Below are positions 9,587 through 19,118 of a stretch of DNA of 32,000 nt, one piece after another. Made by a program: the position numbers and the translations under genes. The stretch is from Crocosphaera subtropica ATCC 51142 (GTDB lineage Bacteria > Cyanobacteriota > Cyanobacteriia > Cyanobacteriales > Microcystaceae). The notes beneath the pieces were generated by a model, which was given only the letters and a program-made list of their open reading frames with translations, was not told where the DNA came from and searched no databases. The number at the start of each line of letters is the position of its first letter. Position 1 is the stretch's first letter. The stretch covers positions 397,702 through 429,701 of the forward strand of contig NC_010547.1 in the NCBI RefSeq assembly GCF_000017845.1, read 5' to 3'.

Positions 9587-9745
9587 GTTAGAGTAAATAG
9601 CTATAATGACACGATTACCATTTTTTACAACCCTAAATCCGTCAACTCTGCACAAATTTTTGATAAATTAAAAAAACTAGGGTTAAACTTTTCCGATAGA
9701 CTTGCAAAATTTTCTCCTGTTATTCCTGAATATTCAAGAGCAGCA

Positions 9746-9976
9746 GTGGAAGTCACTCAAGTCACAAAAAATTTAAACCAGGGCATTAGAACAGCCAGTA
9801 AAAGCATCGTAGATTTAAGTTTTCTGATTCCTTTTGGTTTTGGACTTTTAGCCTGGCGACAATTAATTCTCAAAGGATGGCAATTAGAAACAATTCCTTG
9901 GTATGTTTTAGCTTGGTATGCTTTCGATAGTTTTATTAAGTTACAGAGAATAGATGAAACTTCCGAAGATAGTTAG
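9746..9976 (+). CDS. Hypothetical small membrane protein (76 aa, GTG start)
   Basis: ORF with two hydrophobic segments. No recognisable family. Confidence 0.3.
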   Translation: MEVTQVTKNLNQGIRTASKSIVDLSFLIPFGFGLLAWRQLILKGWQLETIPWYVLAWYAFDSFIKLQRIDETSEDS

Positions 9977-10084
9977 AAGCAAATTTAATTAAACTTTAAC
10001 CAAAAGATAATCGAATTTAGTCCACTTCTGTGATTTAACAAAGGGAGATAGGACAACCAGACATTAACACTCTCTAAATCTTCA

Positions 10085-12370
10085 ATGGATCAGTGGATTA
10101 ACTTATTTATTAAAGTCAGCAAACCTATATTAACCAGCATAGTCTACACAGGCATTAATAGTTGGTTAGAGGTGTTTCAAGAAGAAATCACAGAGGTTCA
10201 TAAACAACAGGCCAAAAATACCATCAAGTCTTTGACCCTTCAAGACGGTATGATTCATAGGGAAGGGAAAGACTTTACCTCATGTCATTCGACTTTAATG
10301 ATGGCCGAAAACAAAGCTTTAAACAGAAATTACATCGAAGAAGAAAAAGCTTGGCCATTACGTTTATCCCCTGAAAAACTATTGCAAAAAGTGGCCACTG
10401 ATGGTCATAATTTACTATTTTTTTTAGTTACCCCTAAGACGACCTTTCCAGAATTTTCCTCTTTCGACTATACACCATCTAATTGTGAACAACGACTTTG
10501 GCAAAATTTACGACAATTTATCCAAAAAAACTATTCTTTTCAGATTCCTAATAAAGGAATTAGTTTTATGGGGGGATTATGGGATCATCATCATTTTTAT
10601 GGAGAAACCAGTATTCAACTATTATTTGAACAATTAAACTCCATTTCTTGTTTAGTTTTAGAGACGGAAATTCAGGGAAAAAATATTAAATTTAATCTGG
10701 TGTATTGGAGAAAAAAGGCTAAAAAATATCATTATACTAATATATTTACCCTAAATTATCAAAACTTGTTGATAGAATTAGTTAAAACAAGAGTTCAACA
10801 ATGGCAAGAAACTCGGAATCAGCTGTTAAAGTTAGGAAAATCTAGAGAAGATATAGAAAGATTAGGGGGAATTTGTGAAAAAAATCATCGAATATGTGAA
10901 GAATTAGAAAGTTTAGACAAAGAAGGAATTAAAATAGAGCAACTAACAGTAAATTATCAGTTTGATCAACAAGATTATGAATCATTATGTCAAAATTTAA
11001 GTATTTGTTGCTGTTTGTTAGGGGGTTGGGTAGCAGATATTCATTATCTAATCGATGATAATATTCCTCCTCATTTACCTATGTGGTTACTCTCTTTAGA
11101 AGAGAGTTGTTCTCAGTTCCAATCTAAACCCGATCTTTTAAATATAACCCTCTCCTTATATGAAGATATTTTAATAGTTTTAGGTCATGAATCTCTCCAT
11201 GATGTGCCTGAATTAGCCTTAAAATTAGCTGAAAGTTTTATGCACTGGCCAGATCAAACATGGGCGATTGAACCCCTCATTTATTCTTTTAATTGTTGGC
11301 AACAACAGCATCAAGATATTGATAGTTTCTCTCAACAAGATCGAGACTATTTAAACCATCTTAAACAGTGTTTACAAAATTTGACTGAACAAGAAAAAAC
11401 AAAAGAAATTAGGGAATTTATCAAAAATTTAACAACAGAATCAACTAATAACCTTGTTCCTCAATCTCACTTTAATTATTTTCAATTACAACGAACAATC
11501 AGCACTGCTTCAGAAAAAGTATTATCTTTAAAAATTGATAAAAGAGGATATCAATTTATTAGTCAAAGAGAACCTAATTCTTTAAAAGTCTGGCATTATA
11601 ATCCTCAAAAATCTATATTATCTTTAAAATATGATTTAGGGAGATATGCAGGTCAACTATCGGCAGCTACTTTAAGTCAAAATGGGCAATTTTTAGCCAG
11701 TAGTGAAATCACAGAAAAACGGAGTTATATTAAGATTTGGAAATTATCAACTGGTCAAATTTATCGCACTTTATTCGGTCATCGACAACCAATTCAAACC
11801 CTAGCAATCCATTTAGGTAATCGTCCTTTTATTGCTAGTGGTAGTCATAAAATCAAGCTATGGAATTTTTTAACAGGAGAATCTTTATTAACTTTATTTG
11901 GACATAAACAACTCGTTTCTTGTTTAGCTATTAGTCCCGATGGGAAAATTTTAATCAGTGGTAGCATCGATAAGACCTTAAGAATTTGGGACTTAAAAAC
12001 AGGTAATTTGCTCAAAACTTTAACAGGGCATAAAAATTTTATTACCACTTTAATTCTTAGTGAAGATGGAGAAACAATTGTTAGTGGAAGTACCGATAAA
12101 ACCATTAAGCTATGGGATTTGAAATCAGGAAAATTGTTACAAACGTTGACAGGACATTTAGGGGGTTTACAAACTTTTTGTTTGTATGATTGTTATTTGT
12201 TTGCTGGTGATGACACGGGGAAAATTTATCTTTGGGATCTTAAAACGGGAAACTCATTATCTAGCTGGAACGCCCATCAAAAAGGGATAGAAGCGATCGC
12301 TATTAGTGAAGATGGACAAACATTGGTGAGTAGTTGTCAAGAGGGGAAAGTTCAGTTATGGAGCAATTAA
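10085..12370 (+). CDS. WD40-repeat protein with ~500-aa uncharacterised N-terminal region
   Basis: The C-terminal ~240 aa contain repeated GH...(S/D)GS.D.T(I/L)K(L/I)W(D/N) units, for example LTGHKNFITTLILSEDGETIVSGSTDKTIKLWDL. No Walker A or other known motif appears in the N-terminal region. Confidence 0.85.
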   Translation: MDQWINLFIKVSKPILTSIVYTGINSWLEVFQEEITEVHKQQAKNTIKSLTLQDGMIHREGKDFTSCHSTLMMAENKALNRNYIEEEKAWPLRLSPEKLLQKVATDGHNLLFFLVTPKTTFPEFSSFDYTPSNCEQRLWQNLRQFIQKNYSFQIPNKGISFMGGLWDHHHFYGETSIQLLFEQLNSISCLVLETEIQGKNIKFNLVYWRKKAKKYHYTNIFTLNYQNLLIELVKTRVQQWQETRNQLLKLGKSREDIERLGGICEKNHRICEELESLDKEGIKIEQLTVNYQFDQQDYESLCQNLSICCCLLGGWVADIHYLIDDNIPPHLPMWLLSLEESCSQFQSKPDLLNITLSLYEDILIVLGHESLHDVPELALKLAESFMHWPDQTWAIEPLIYSFNCWQQQHQDIDSFSQQDRDYLNHLKQCLQNLTEQEKTKEIREFIKNLTTESTNNLVPQSHFNYFQLQRTISTASEKVLSLKIDKRGYQFISQREPNSLKVWHYNPQKSILSLKYDLGRYAGQLSAATLSQNGQFLASSEITEKRSYIKIWKLSTGQIYRTLFGHRQPIQTLAIHLGNRPFIASGSHKIKLWNFLTGESLLTLFGHKQLVSCLAISPDGKILISGSIDKTLRIWDLKTGNLLKTLTGHKNFITTLILSEDGETIVSGSTDKTIKLWDLKSGKLLQTLTGHLGGLQTFCLYDCYLFAGDDTGKIYLWDLKTGNSLSSWNAHQKGIEAIAISEDGQTLVSSCQEGKVQLWSN

Positions 12371-12592
12371 TGATGATTCAAAAGTTTAAATTTAACAAAT
12401 CTTAAGTTCAAGCCAATTGCTCTAGTTATTATTAAGTATAATATTAGTCAGAAATTATCGTTACTTTTAGGGTTGAGATTTTAACTAAACTCAGCAATAT
12501 TATTGAATCTCAATTAATTGCAATGTAACTTTAACTTAATACTTATCACTTCAAACTTATTATTAATAATTAAATAACACAAACGTAGGAAA

Positions 12593-15340
12593 ATGAGTAA
12601 GTGGCACAAACTAGACAGAGAAACCGTTCTCAGGAAATTGGGAAGTGATCGCAGTTGGGGACTTAACCACGATGAAGCCATTCATCGCCTAGAAACCGGC
12701 GGACCTAACAAACTGCAAGAAAAACCCCAAAAACCCCCTTGGCGCATTCTTTGGGAACAATTAATCGAACCCCTAGTCTTGCTGCTAGTGGCTGCAGCTA
12801 TCATCTCTGCTTTACTGGGAGACTACCAAGAAGCAGTGGTCATACTGATTATCGTCATTCTCAACGCTTTGTTAGGCTTTAGTCAGGAATATCGCGCTGA
12901 AAAAGCCATGGCTGCCCTAAAAACCTTAGCCATTCCCAAGGTAAAAGTTCGCCGTGGGGGACATTGGCACGAAATTCCGGCTTCAGAACTGGTTGTAGGG
13001 GATATAGTTACCCTAGAAGACGGTAATATTGTCTCGGCAGATATTCGTCTGCTGGAAGTAGCTAATCTACGAATTCAAGAATCCATCTTAACCGGAGAAG
13101 CCGAGGCTGTTCCTAAAAGCATTGACCCTTTAACGGAAAAAAAAATCCCCTTGGGCGATCGCCTTAATATGGCTTATATGGGAACTTTGGTTACCTATGG
13201 ACGGGGTTATGGGGTAGTAGTAGGGACAGGAATGAAAACCCAACTAGGAAAAATTGCCAAGTTATTGCAAAAAGTTGAGGCCGAATTAACCCCCTTACAA
13301 CAACGACTTCAACGGTTAGGGCAACAAATATTAATGGCTTCTGTGATCCTAGTGGTGATTATTTTTAGTTTGGGACTCTTAGAAGGAGAAGGGTTAAAAG
13401 TCATGTTTCTCACTGCCGTTAGTTTAGCAGTGGCTGCGGTTCCGGAAGGACTTCCGGCTGTTGTGACCATTGCTTTAGCGTTAGGATCACAAAGAATGCT
13501 GAAACGAGGGGCTTTAATTCGTAAATTGCCCGCCGTAGAAACCTTAGGGTCGGTCACAGTGATTTGTTCGGATAAAACGGGAACTTTGACAGAAAATCGT
13601 ATGACTGTTAATGTCTTAGATGTGGTAGGACGACGGTTAAACCTGACCTCGGAGTTGATACGAGATGGCCACGATCTCGATCTGCGTCAACAACAACCCT
13701 CCCTGTTAAAAAAACAACCGCAGCTGGTATGGTTACTGTTAGGAAGTGCCTTATGTAACGATGCGTCTCTTGAAGCTGATTCAGATGATCCACAACTGTT
13801 CCATGTGGTAGGAGAACCCACCGAAGGGGCTTTAATCACCGCAGCAGCCAGTTTAGGGCTGAGAAAATCTGACTTAGAACCCTTATTTCCTAGAGTGGCA
13901 GAAATTCCGTTTGATGCCCAACGTCGACGTATGACCACCCTTCATCACGTTCCGAGGGATGGCTATTGTTGGCCTGAACTACTGCAACAACCTTGGCAGT
14001 GGCATCAGAACTTAGGTGGAATGCCCTATATGGCCTTTACCAAAGGGGCAGTAGACAGTCTTTTGGACATTTGTACAGAAGTTTGGGTTAATAACCACCC
14101 CAAACCCTTAACCGAAGTATGGCAAAGTTGGATTCAAGATAGCAATGACGAATTAGCGGCCCAAGGCAGTCGGGTGTTAGGGTTGGGGTTTCGGCCTCAT
14201 TTGTCTCCCTATATCGACCACGGAACGATTATTGAACAGAATTTAATTTTTCTGGGATTGATGGCTATGAGTGACCCCATTCGTCCGGAAGTCAAAGAAG
14301 CGGTACAAACCTGTCGGACAGCGGGGATTCGCCCCGTGATGATTACGGGAGATCATCCTTTAACGGCACAACATATCGCTAGAGAATTAGGCATGATGGT
14401 TAATGGAGGGATTCTGACAGGACAAGACTTATCCTGTCTTAACGCTGATGAATTGACAGAAAAAGTATTGCAAACTTCCGTTTATGCAAGGGTTAGCCCC
14501 AAACAAAAGCTACAAATCGTCGAAGCATGGCAACAACAAGGGCAAATTGTGGCCATGACTGGAGATGGGGTAAATGATGCCCCAGCCTTGAAAAAGGCGG
14601 ACATTGGTATTGCTATGGGGGTGAGTGGAACCGATGTAGCTAAAGAGGCGGCTGATATGGCGTTATTGGATGATAATTTTGCCACCATTATTGCAGCAGT
14701 TAGGGAAGGACGGATTATTTACGATAATGTTCGCAAGTTTATCTTTTATATGTTTAGCAGCAATTCTGGGGAAATTTGGGTGATGTTGGCTGCTTTTTTC
14801 TTGGGAATGCCGTTACCCTTGTTACCATTGCAAATTCTTTGGATTAATTTAATGACCGATGGTCTACCGGCCTTAGCGTTGGGGATTGAACCGGCTGAAA
14901 AACATATCATGCACCGTCTTCCTTATCCTCCTAGCGAAAATATCTTTAGTCGAGGTTTGGGTTGGCGAATTATTTGGGTGGGTTTATTAATGGGGTTTGT
15001 CTCTTTGGGAACAGGTTACTACTATTGGCAACAGCAGAACCCTGCATGGCAAACTATGATCTTTACTATTGTCACCCTCTCTCAAATGGGTAATGCCTTA
15101 GCGATTCGGTCTGAACGTTATGCTTTATGGAAAATTGGACTGTTTTCTAATCCGTTTTTGATTATGGCTGTTATCTTAACCGTTATCTTACAAATTGGCA
15201 TTATTTATGTTCCCTTCTGGCAAAATCTCTTCCAAACCACTGCTTTATCCGTCAACGATTTACTGTTATGTTTACTGTTAAGTACAGTCGTTTTTTGGGC
15301 AGTGGAAGCAGAAAAATGGTGGTTACGTCGTCAATTCTAA
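12593..15340 (+). CDS. P-type ATPase, P2 (Ca2+/cation, PacL/SERCA-like) subfamily
   Basis: Phosphorylation motif CSDKTGTLTENRM, TGE motif LTGEAEAV, TM4 PEGLP, hinge MTGDGVNDAPALKKADIGIAMG, TM6 NLMTDGLPALAL. Confidence 0.9.
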   Translation: MSKWHKLDRETVLRKLGSDRSWGLNHDEAIHRLETGGPNKLQEKPQKPPWRILWEQLIEPLVLLLVAAAIISALLGDYQEAVVILIIVILNALLGFSQEYRAEKAMAALKTLAIPKVKVRRGGHWHEIPASELVVGDIVTLEDGNIVSADIRLLEVANLRIQESILTGEAEAVPKSIDPLTEKKIPLGDRLNMAYMGTLVTYGRGYGVVVGTGMKTQLGKIAKLLQKVEAELTPLQQRLQRLGQQILMASVILVVIIFSLGLLEGEGLKVMFLTAVSLAVAAVPEGLPAVVTIALALGSQRMLKRGALIRKLPAVETLGSVTVICSDKTGTLTENRMTVNVLDVVGRRLNLTSELIRDGHDLDLRQQQPSLLKKQPQLVWLLLGSALCNDASLEADSDDPQLFHVVGEPTEGALITAAASLGLRKSDLEPLFPRVAEIPFDAQRRRMTTLHHVPRDGYCWPELLQQPWQWHQNLGGMPYMAFTKGAVDSLLDICTEVWVNNHPKPLTEVWQSWIQDSNDELAAQGSRVLGLGFRPHLSPYIDHGTIIEQNLIFLGLMAMSDPIRPEVKEAVQTCRTAGIRPVMITGDHPLTAQHIARELGMMVNGGILTGQDLSCLNADELTEKVLQTSVYARVSPKQKLQIVEAWQQQGQIVAMTGDGVNDAPALKKADIGIAMGVSGTDVAKEAADMALLDDNFATIIAAVREGRIIYDNVRKFIFYMFSSNSGEIWVMLAAFFLGMPLPLLPLQILWINLMTDGLPALALGIEPAEKHIMHRLPYPPSENIFSRGLGWRIIWVGLLMGFVSLGTGYYYWQQQNPAWQTMIFTIVTLSQMGNALAIRSERYALWKIGLFSNPFLIMAVILTVILQIGIIYVPFWQNLFQTTALSVNDLLLCLLLSTVVFWAVEAEKWWLRRQF

Positions 15341-15486
15341 TAGCCAATTCCAACATCACAATATCTTAAGTTATATAAAAAAATTTCACGAATTAGCTAA
15401 TCTCAACTGCCAAAATCCAACGATTAAGCCAAACCGAGTTATACTAAAAATAGAAGGTAAAGAAAAGTTTATAAAAAGTTAAAGAG

Positions 15487-15786
15487 GTGATAATAATGAC
15501 ACTTAAAGATTTTGTTCCTCACATCGATTTTAAAGATGTTGCCGAAGACCTTGGCATTCCCGGAATCACAGCGATTGTTCTCTTTCCTGTATTAATTCCT
15601 GTGGCGGGAAAAGCAGCTAAACCTATCGCCAAAGCAACCATCAAAGGAGGGGTTATTCTTTATGAAAAAGGCAAAGGAGTGATTGCTAATGTGGGTGAAA
15701 CCTTTGAAGATATCGTTGCTGAATCGTTAGCCGAATTAGCTGAAGAAAGAAGTCAAACGTCAGCGATCGCTGAAGGTGATGGCTAA
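15487..15786 (+). CDS. Small membrane-anchored protein (DUF5132-like); the likely start is ATG 15496, preceded by AAAGAGG
   Basis: One hydrophobic helix (ITAIVLFPVLIPVAG), then KPIAKATIKGGVILYEKGK and an acidic tail. It sits between the two P-type ATPases. Confidence 0.5.
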   Translation: MIIMTLKDFVPHIDFKDVAEDLGIPGITAIVLFPVLIPVAGKAAKPIAKATIKGGVILYEKGKGVIANVGETFEDIVAESLAELAEERSQTSAIAEGDG

Positions 15787-16070
15787 TGAGAACAAATCAG
15801 TTCCGTTAGGTGAGAACTAACAGAATTGGTAATAAAAATGGAAAAAATTGTGTTAGTGGTGGATTGTTTCTAGTCAACCGCTCTCCAGGGGCAAGTTGCT
15901 GTTAACATGAAGCCCTTTTAAAAACAATCAAAGTGAGTCTGAGAACATTTTTTATTAGTCAAAATATCAAGTTTTATCACCAAGTGAAATGAGTTATTCT
16001 TGAATTCTTTTAAGATTGTAGTAAGAAGAGTTGATATAGATTATTCTCTTGGTCAATCATCTTAAAGACA

Positions 16071-19000
16071 ATGAATAAAAAACACTCAATCAACCATAAT
16101 CATCAAAAACAACGCTCTTCGATCAAAATTCTCCACAAAACTGTCAAAGGAAGATGTCGGTGTAAAGTTCAAGGATTACTTTATTCAAAAGAGCTAAAAC
16201 AGTATTTAGAATTTAATTTGTCCCTACAGAAAGATATTAACTCAGTTCGTGCTAACTCGGTTACGGGCAATATTCTCATATACTTCAATCCTCGCACAAA
16301 AGTCATTGAAATTGCTAAAGCCGTTAACCAACTGGTTGAACAGTATTATCAACATCCCCAAGCATTCATAGAACTCACGAAAAGGCCAAGGGAGTCTTCT
16401 GTTACCTCACCGAGTGCTTGGCATATCAAAGAAATAGAGACAATTCTATTAGAATTTAACACATCCAAACAAACAGGACTATCCAACGAAGCAGTCCAAG
16501 CTAACCTAACGAAATATGGCGTTAATGCCCTCACAGAAAACCCAACCCGTTCAGGATTAAGCATTTTTATCGACTACTTTAAGTCCGTTCCCGTTGCCCT
16601 TTTAAGTGGTGCAGCCTTGCTATCTGTGCTAACGGGAGGTATTACGGATGCTGTGGTAATTATGGGTGTGGTCACTATTAATGCCATCTTAGGCTACGCA
16701 ACCGAGAGTCAATCAGAACGTATCATTAATTCTCTAAAAAACTTTGTCAACCCTTCAGCTTGGGTCATTCGAGACGGTAAATTAATTGAAATTGAAAGCC
16801 AAAATCTCGTCCCAGGGGATCTTTTACTCCTGCAACCAGGATCTTATGTACCTGCCGATGCTCGCTTAATTGAAGTTGATCGCTTAACCTTGGATGAGTC
16901 AGCCTTAACTGGTGAAAGTCTGCCCATTAGCAAACAAGATAAAGCCATTACCATCCAAGAAGAGACCATACCTCTGGCTGAACGGAATAATATGGTTTAT
17001 CAGGGAACCTTTGTCACTGGGGGACAAGGAAAGGGGGTAGTGGTGGCCACCGCAAATTTAACGGAAATGGGGAAAATACAAGCTTTGGTAGGGGAAACCA
17101 GTCATCCTACTACCCCCCTAGAACGACAACTCGAACAGGCAGGAGAACAACTGGTCTGGTTGTCTAGTGGGGTTTGTGGTCTGGTCTTTGCCATTGGCTT
17201 ATTGCGGGGCTATGGGTTATTAGAAATGGTAAAAACCTCCATTTCTTTAGCGGTGGCTGCTGTTCCTGAAGGCTTACCCACTGTCGCCACCACCACCTTG
17301 GCTTTGGGTATTCTGAATATGCGTCAACAAAAAGTCTTGATTCGTCGTTTAGAAGCCATTGAAGCCCTGGGTTCGATTCAAGCTTTATGTCTTGATAAAA
17401 CAGGAACCCTAACCGCAAATCGAATGTCGGTCTTGCAAGTCTGTTGGGATGGTCGAGAAATTAACCTAGAAGATGGTCATTTTTGGTCAGATCAACAGGC
17501 AATTAATCCTTATCAATGCGATGAATTATTAAAACTTATTCATATCTCAGTTCTCTGCAACGATAGTCAGATCAATTACCATCACCATGACACTTATGTC
17601 TTGGATGGTTCTTCGACGGAAAATGCCCTGATGGAAATGGCGATCGACGCAGGGATAGAAGTAGAAGAACTCCAAGAAAAATATCCTCGCTTGTTAACTT
17701 ACCATCGTTCTACAGAACATAATTTCATGGCCACGGTACATCGTATCCATCAATCGGTCTATTTGATGGCCGTTAAAGGCAACCCGTCAGAAGTCTTAGA
17801 ACGATGTTCAACTCGGATAGAAAACGGTCAATTTATTCCCTTAAGCCAGGTAGATAAACAAGCTATCTTAGAGCAAAATGAGCGTATGGCCGCCCAAGCT
17901 TTGCGTGTCTTAGGTATGGCTTACGGACAGGAAGAAATCACAGACGTTGAATCTTTACCTGTCTCCCATCTTATTTGGGTGGGACTTGTGGGTATGGCTG
18001 ATCCCATTCGTTCAGGAGTCAAAGAAACTATTGCTAATTTTCACCAAGCGGGAATTAATACCCTGATGATTACTGGAGATCAAAGTCCCACTGCGTATGC
18101 TATTGGTAAAACCTTGAATCTTAGCCAAGGGCAGCCCTTAAAAATTCTTGATTCGACAGAATTAATGGATCTCTCCCCAGACGCTTTAGCTAGTTTATCA
18201 GAAAAAGTGCATATCTTTGCACGCATTAGTCCCACTCACAAACTACAGATTGTCCAAGCCCTACAAAATCGGGGGTTAGTGGTGGCGATGACAGGGGATG
18301 GCATCAATGATACCCCGGCCTTGAAAGCAGCTGAAGTCGGTATTGCGATGGGTCATACCGGAACCGATGTGGCGCGAGAAGTCGCCGATGTGGTTCTTGA
18401 AGACGATAACCTCGAAACCATGATTATCGCCGTCAGTCAAGGACGTACCATTTATAACAATATTCGTAAATCGGTTCATTTTCTTCTGTCCACCAATCTC
18501 AGCGAAATTATGGTCATGTTATTGGCTAATGTGGGTGGTTTAGGACAGCCCCTGAATGCGATGCAGCTACTTTGGCTTAATTTAGTTACTGATATCTTTC
18601 CAGGGTTAGCTTTAGCCCTAGAACCCCCTGAACCCGATGTTTTGAGTCTTGCCCCTCGTTCCCCTGATCAACCCATTATTAAGCGTTCTGATTTTCAACG
18701 GATTATTTTTGAATCTAGTACGTTATCCGTTAGTTCCTTGGCTGCATACAGTTACGGGATCGCCCGTTATGGCATCAGTCTCCAGGCTAGTACCGTTGCT
18801 TTTATGAGTTTGGTCAGTGGACAATTGCTACACGCGCTTAGTTGTCGATCTTCTCAACCATTAGGTTCCCAAACACTTCCCCACAACCCTTATTTGACCA
18901 CCGCCTTGACAGGTTCAATGGCCCTTCAATGGGTATCCTTAGCTACCCCTGGACTGAGAAATCTCCTACAGGTTACCCCTCTTAATCCCCTTGATGGCTT

Positions 19001-19073
19001 AGTGATTGGTAGTAGTGCCATTTTACCTTTAGCTATCAATGAAGGGACAAAATTTTACCCTATCAGTAAGTAG
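16071..19073 (+). CDS. P-type ATPase, P2-like, with ~110-aa N-terminal HMA-fold-like extension lacking CxxC
   Basis: CLDKTGTLTANRM, LTGESLPI, PEGLP, MTGDGINDTPALKAAEVGIAMG, NLVTDIFPGLALALEP. The N-terminal segment VKGRCRCKVQGL...VRANSVTGNILIYFNP resembles a ferredoxin-like metal-binding-domain fold but has no CxxC. Confidence 0.85.
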   Translation: MNKKHSINHNHQKQRSSIKILHKTVKGRCRCKVQGLLYSKELKQYLEFNLSLQKDINSVRANSVTGNILIYFNPRTKVIEIAKAVNQLVEQYYQHPQAFIELTKRPRESSVTSPSAWHIKEIETILLEFNTSKQTGLSNEAVQANLTKYGVNALTENPTRSGLSIFIDYFKSVPVALLSGAALLSVLTGGITDAVVIMGVVTINAILGYATESQSERIINSLKNFVNPSAWVIRDGKLIEIESQNLVPGDLLLLQPGSYVPADARLIEVDRLTLDESALTGESLPISKQDKAITIQEETIPLAERNNMVYQGTFVTGGQGKGVVVATANLTEMGKIQALVGETSHPTTPLERQLEQAGEQLVWLSSGVCGLVFAIGLLRGYGLLEMVKTSISLAVAAVPEGLPTVATTTLALGILNMRQQKVLIRRLEAIEALGSIQALCLDKTGTLTANRMSVLQVCWDGREINLEDGHFWSDQQAINPYQCDELLKLIHISVLCNDSQINYHHHDTYVLDGSSTENALMEMAIDAGIEVEELQEKYPRLLTYHRSTEHNFMATVHRIHQSVYLMAVKGNPSEVLERCSTRIENGQFIPLSQVDKQAILEQNERMAAQALRVLGMAYGQEEITDVESLPVSHLIWVGLVGMADPIRSGVKETIANFHQAGINTLMITGDQSPTAYAIGKTLNLSQGQPLKILDSTELMDLSPDALASLSEKVHIFARISPTHKLQIVQALQNRGLVVAMTGDGINDTPALKAAEVGIAMGHTGTDVAREVADVVLEDDNLETMIIAVSQGRTIYNNIRKSVHFLLSTNLSEIMVMLLANVGGLGQPLNAMQLLWLNLVTDIFPGLALALEPPEPDVLSLAPRSPDQPIIKRSDFQRIIFESSTLSVSSLAAYSYGIARYGISLQASTVAFMSLVSGQLLHALSCRSSQPLGSQTLPHNPYLTTALTGSMALQWVSLATPGLRNLLQVTPLNPLDGLVIGSSAILPLAINEGTKFYPISK

Positions 19074-19118
19074 TCGGATAAAAATTGATAATCTTAAGAG
19101 AGTAAAACGTAGCTATAC

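Noticed and set aside
12371-16070. A riboswitch (Mg2+ M-box or Mn2+ yybP-ykoY type) in the leaders of the two P-type ATPase genes (12371-12592 and 15787-16070)
   Set aside because: I could not find the conserved GGGGAGUAG or UUGACA...AGCAAGACC-type cores, or any convincing multi-stem structure. The TGAGAAC words seen three times in 15786-15950 are too short to interpret.
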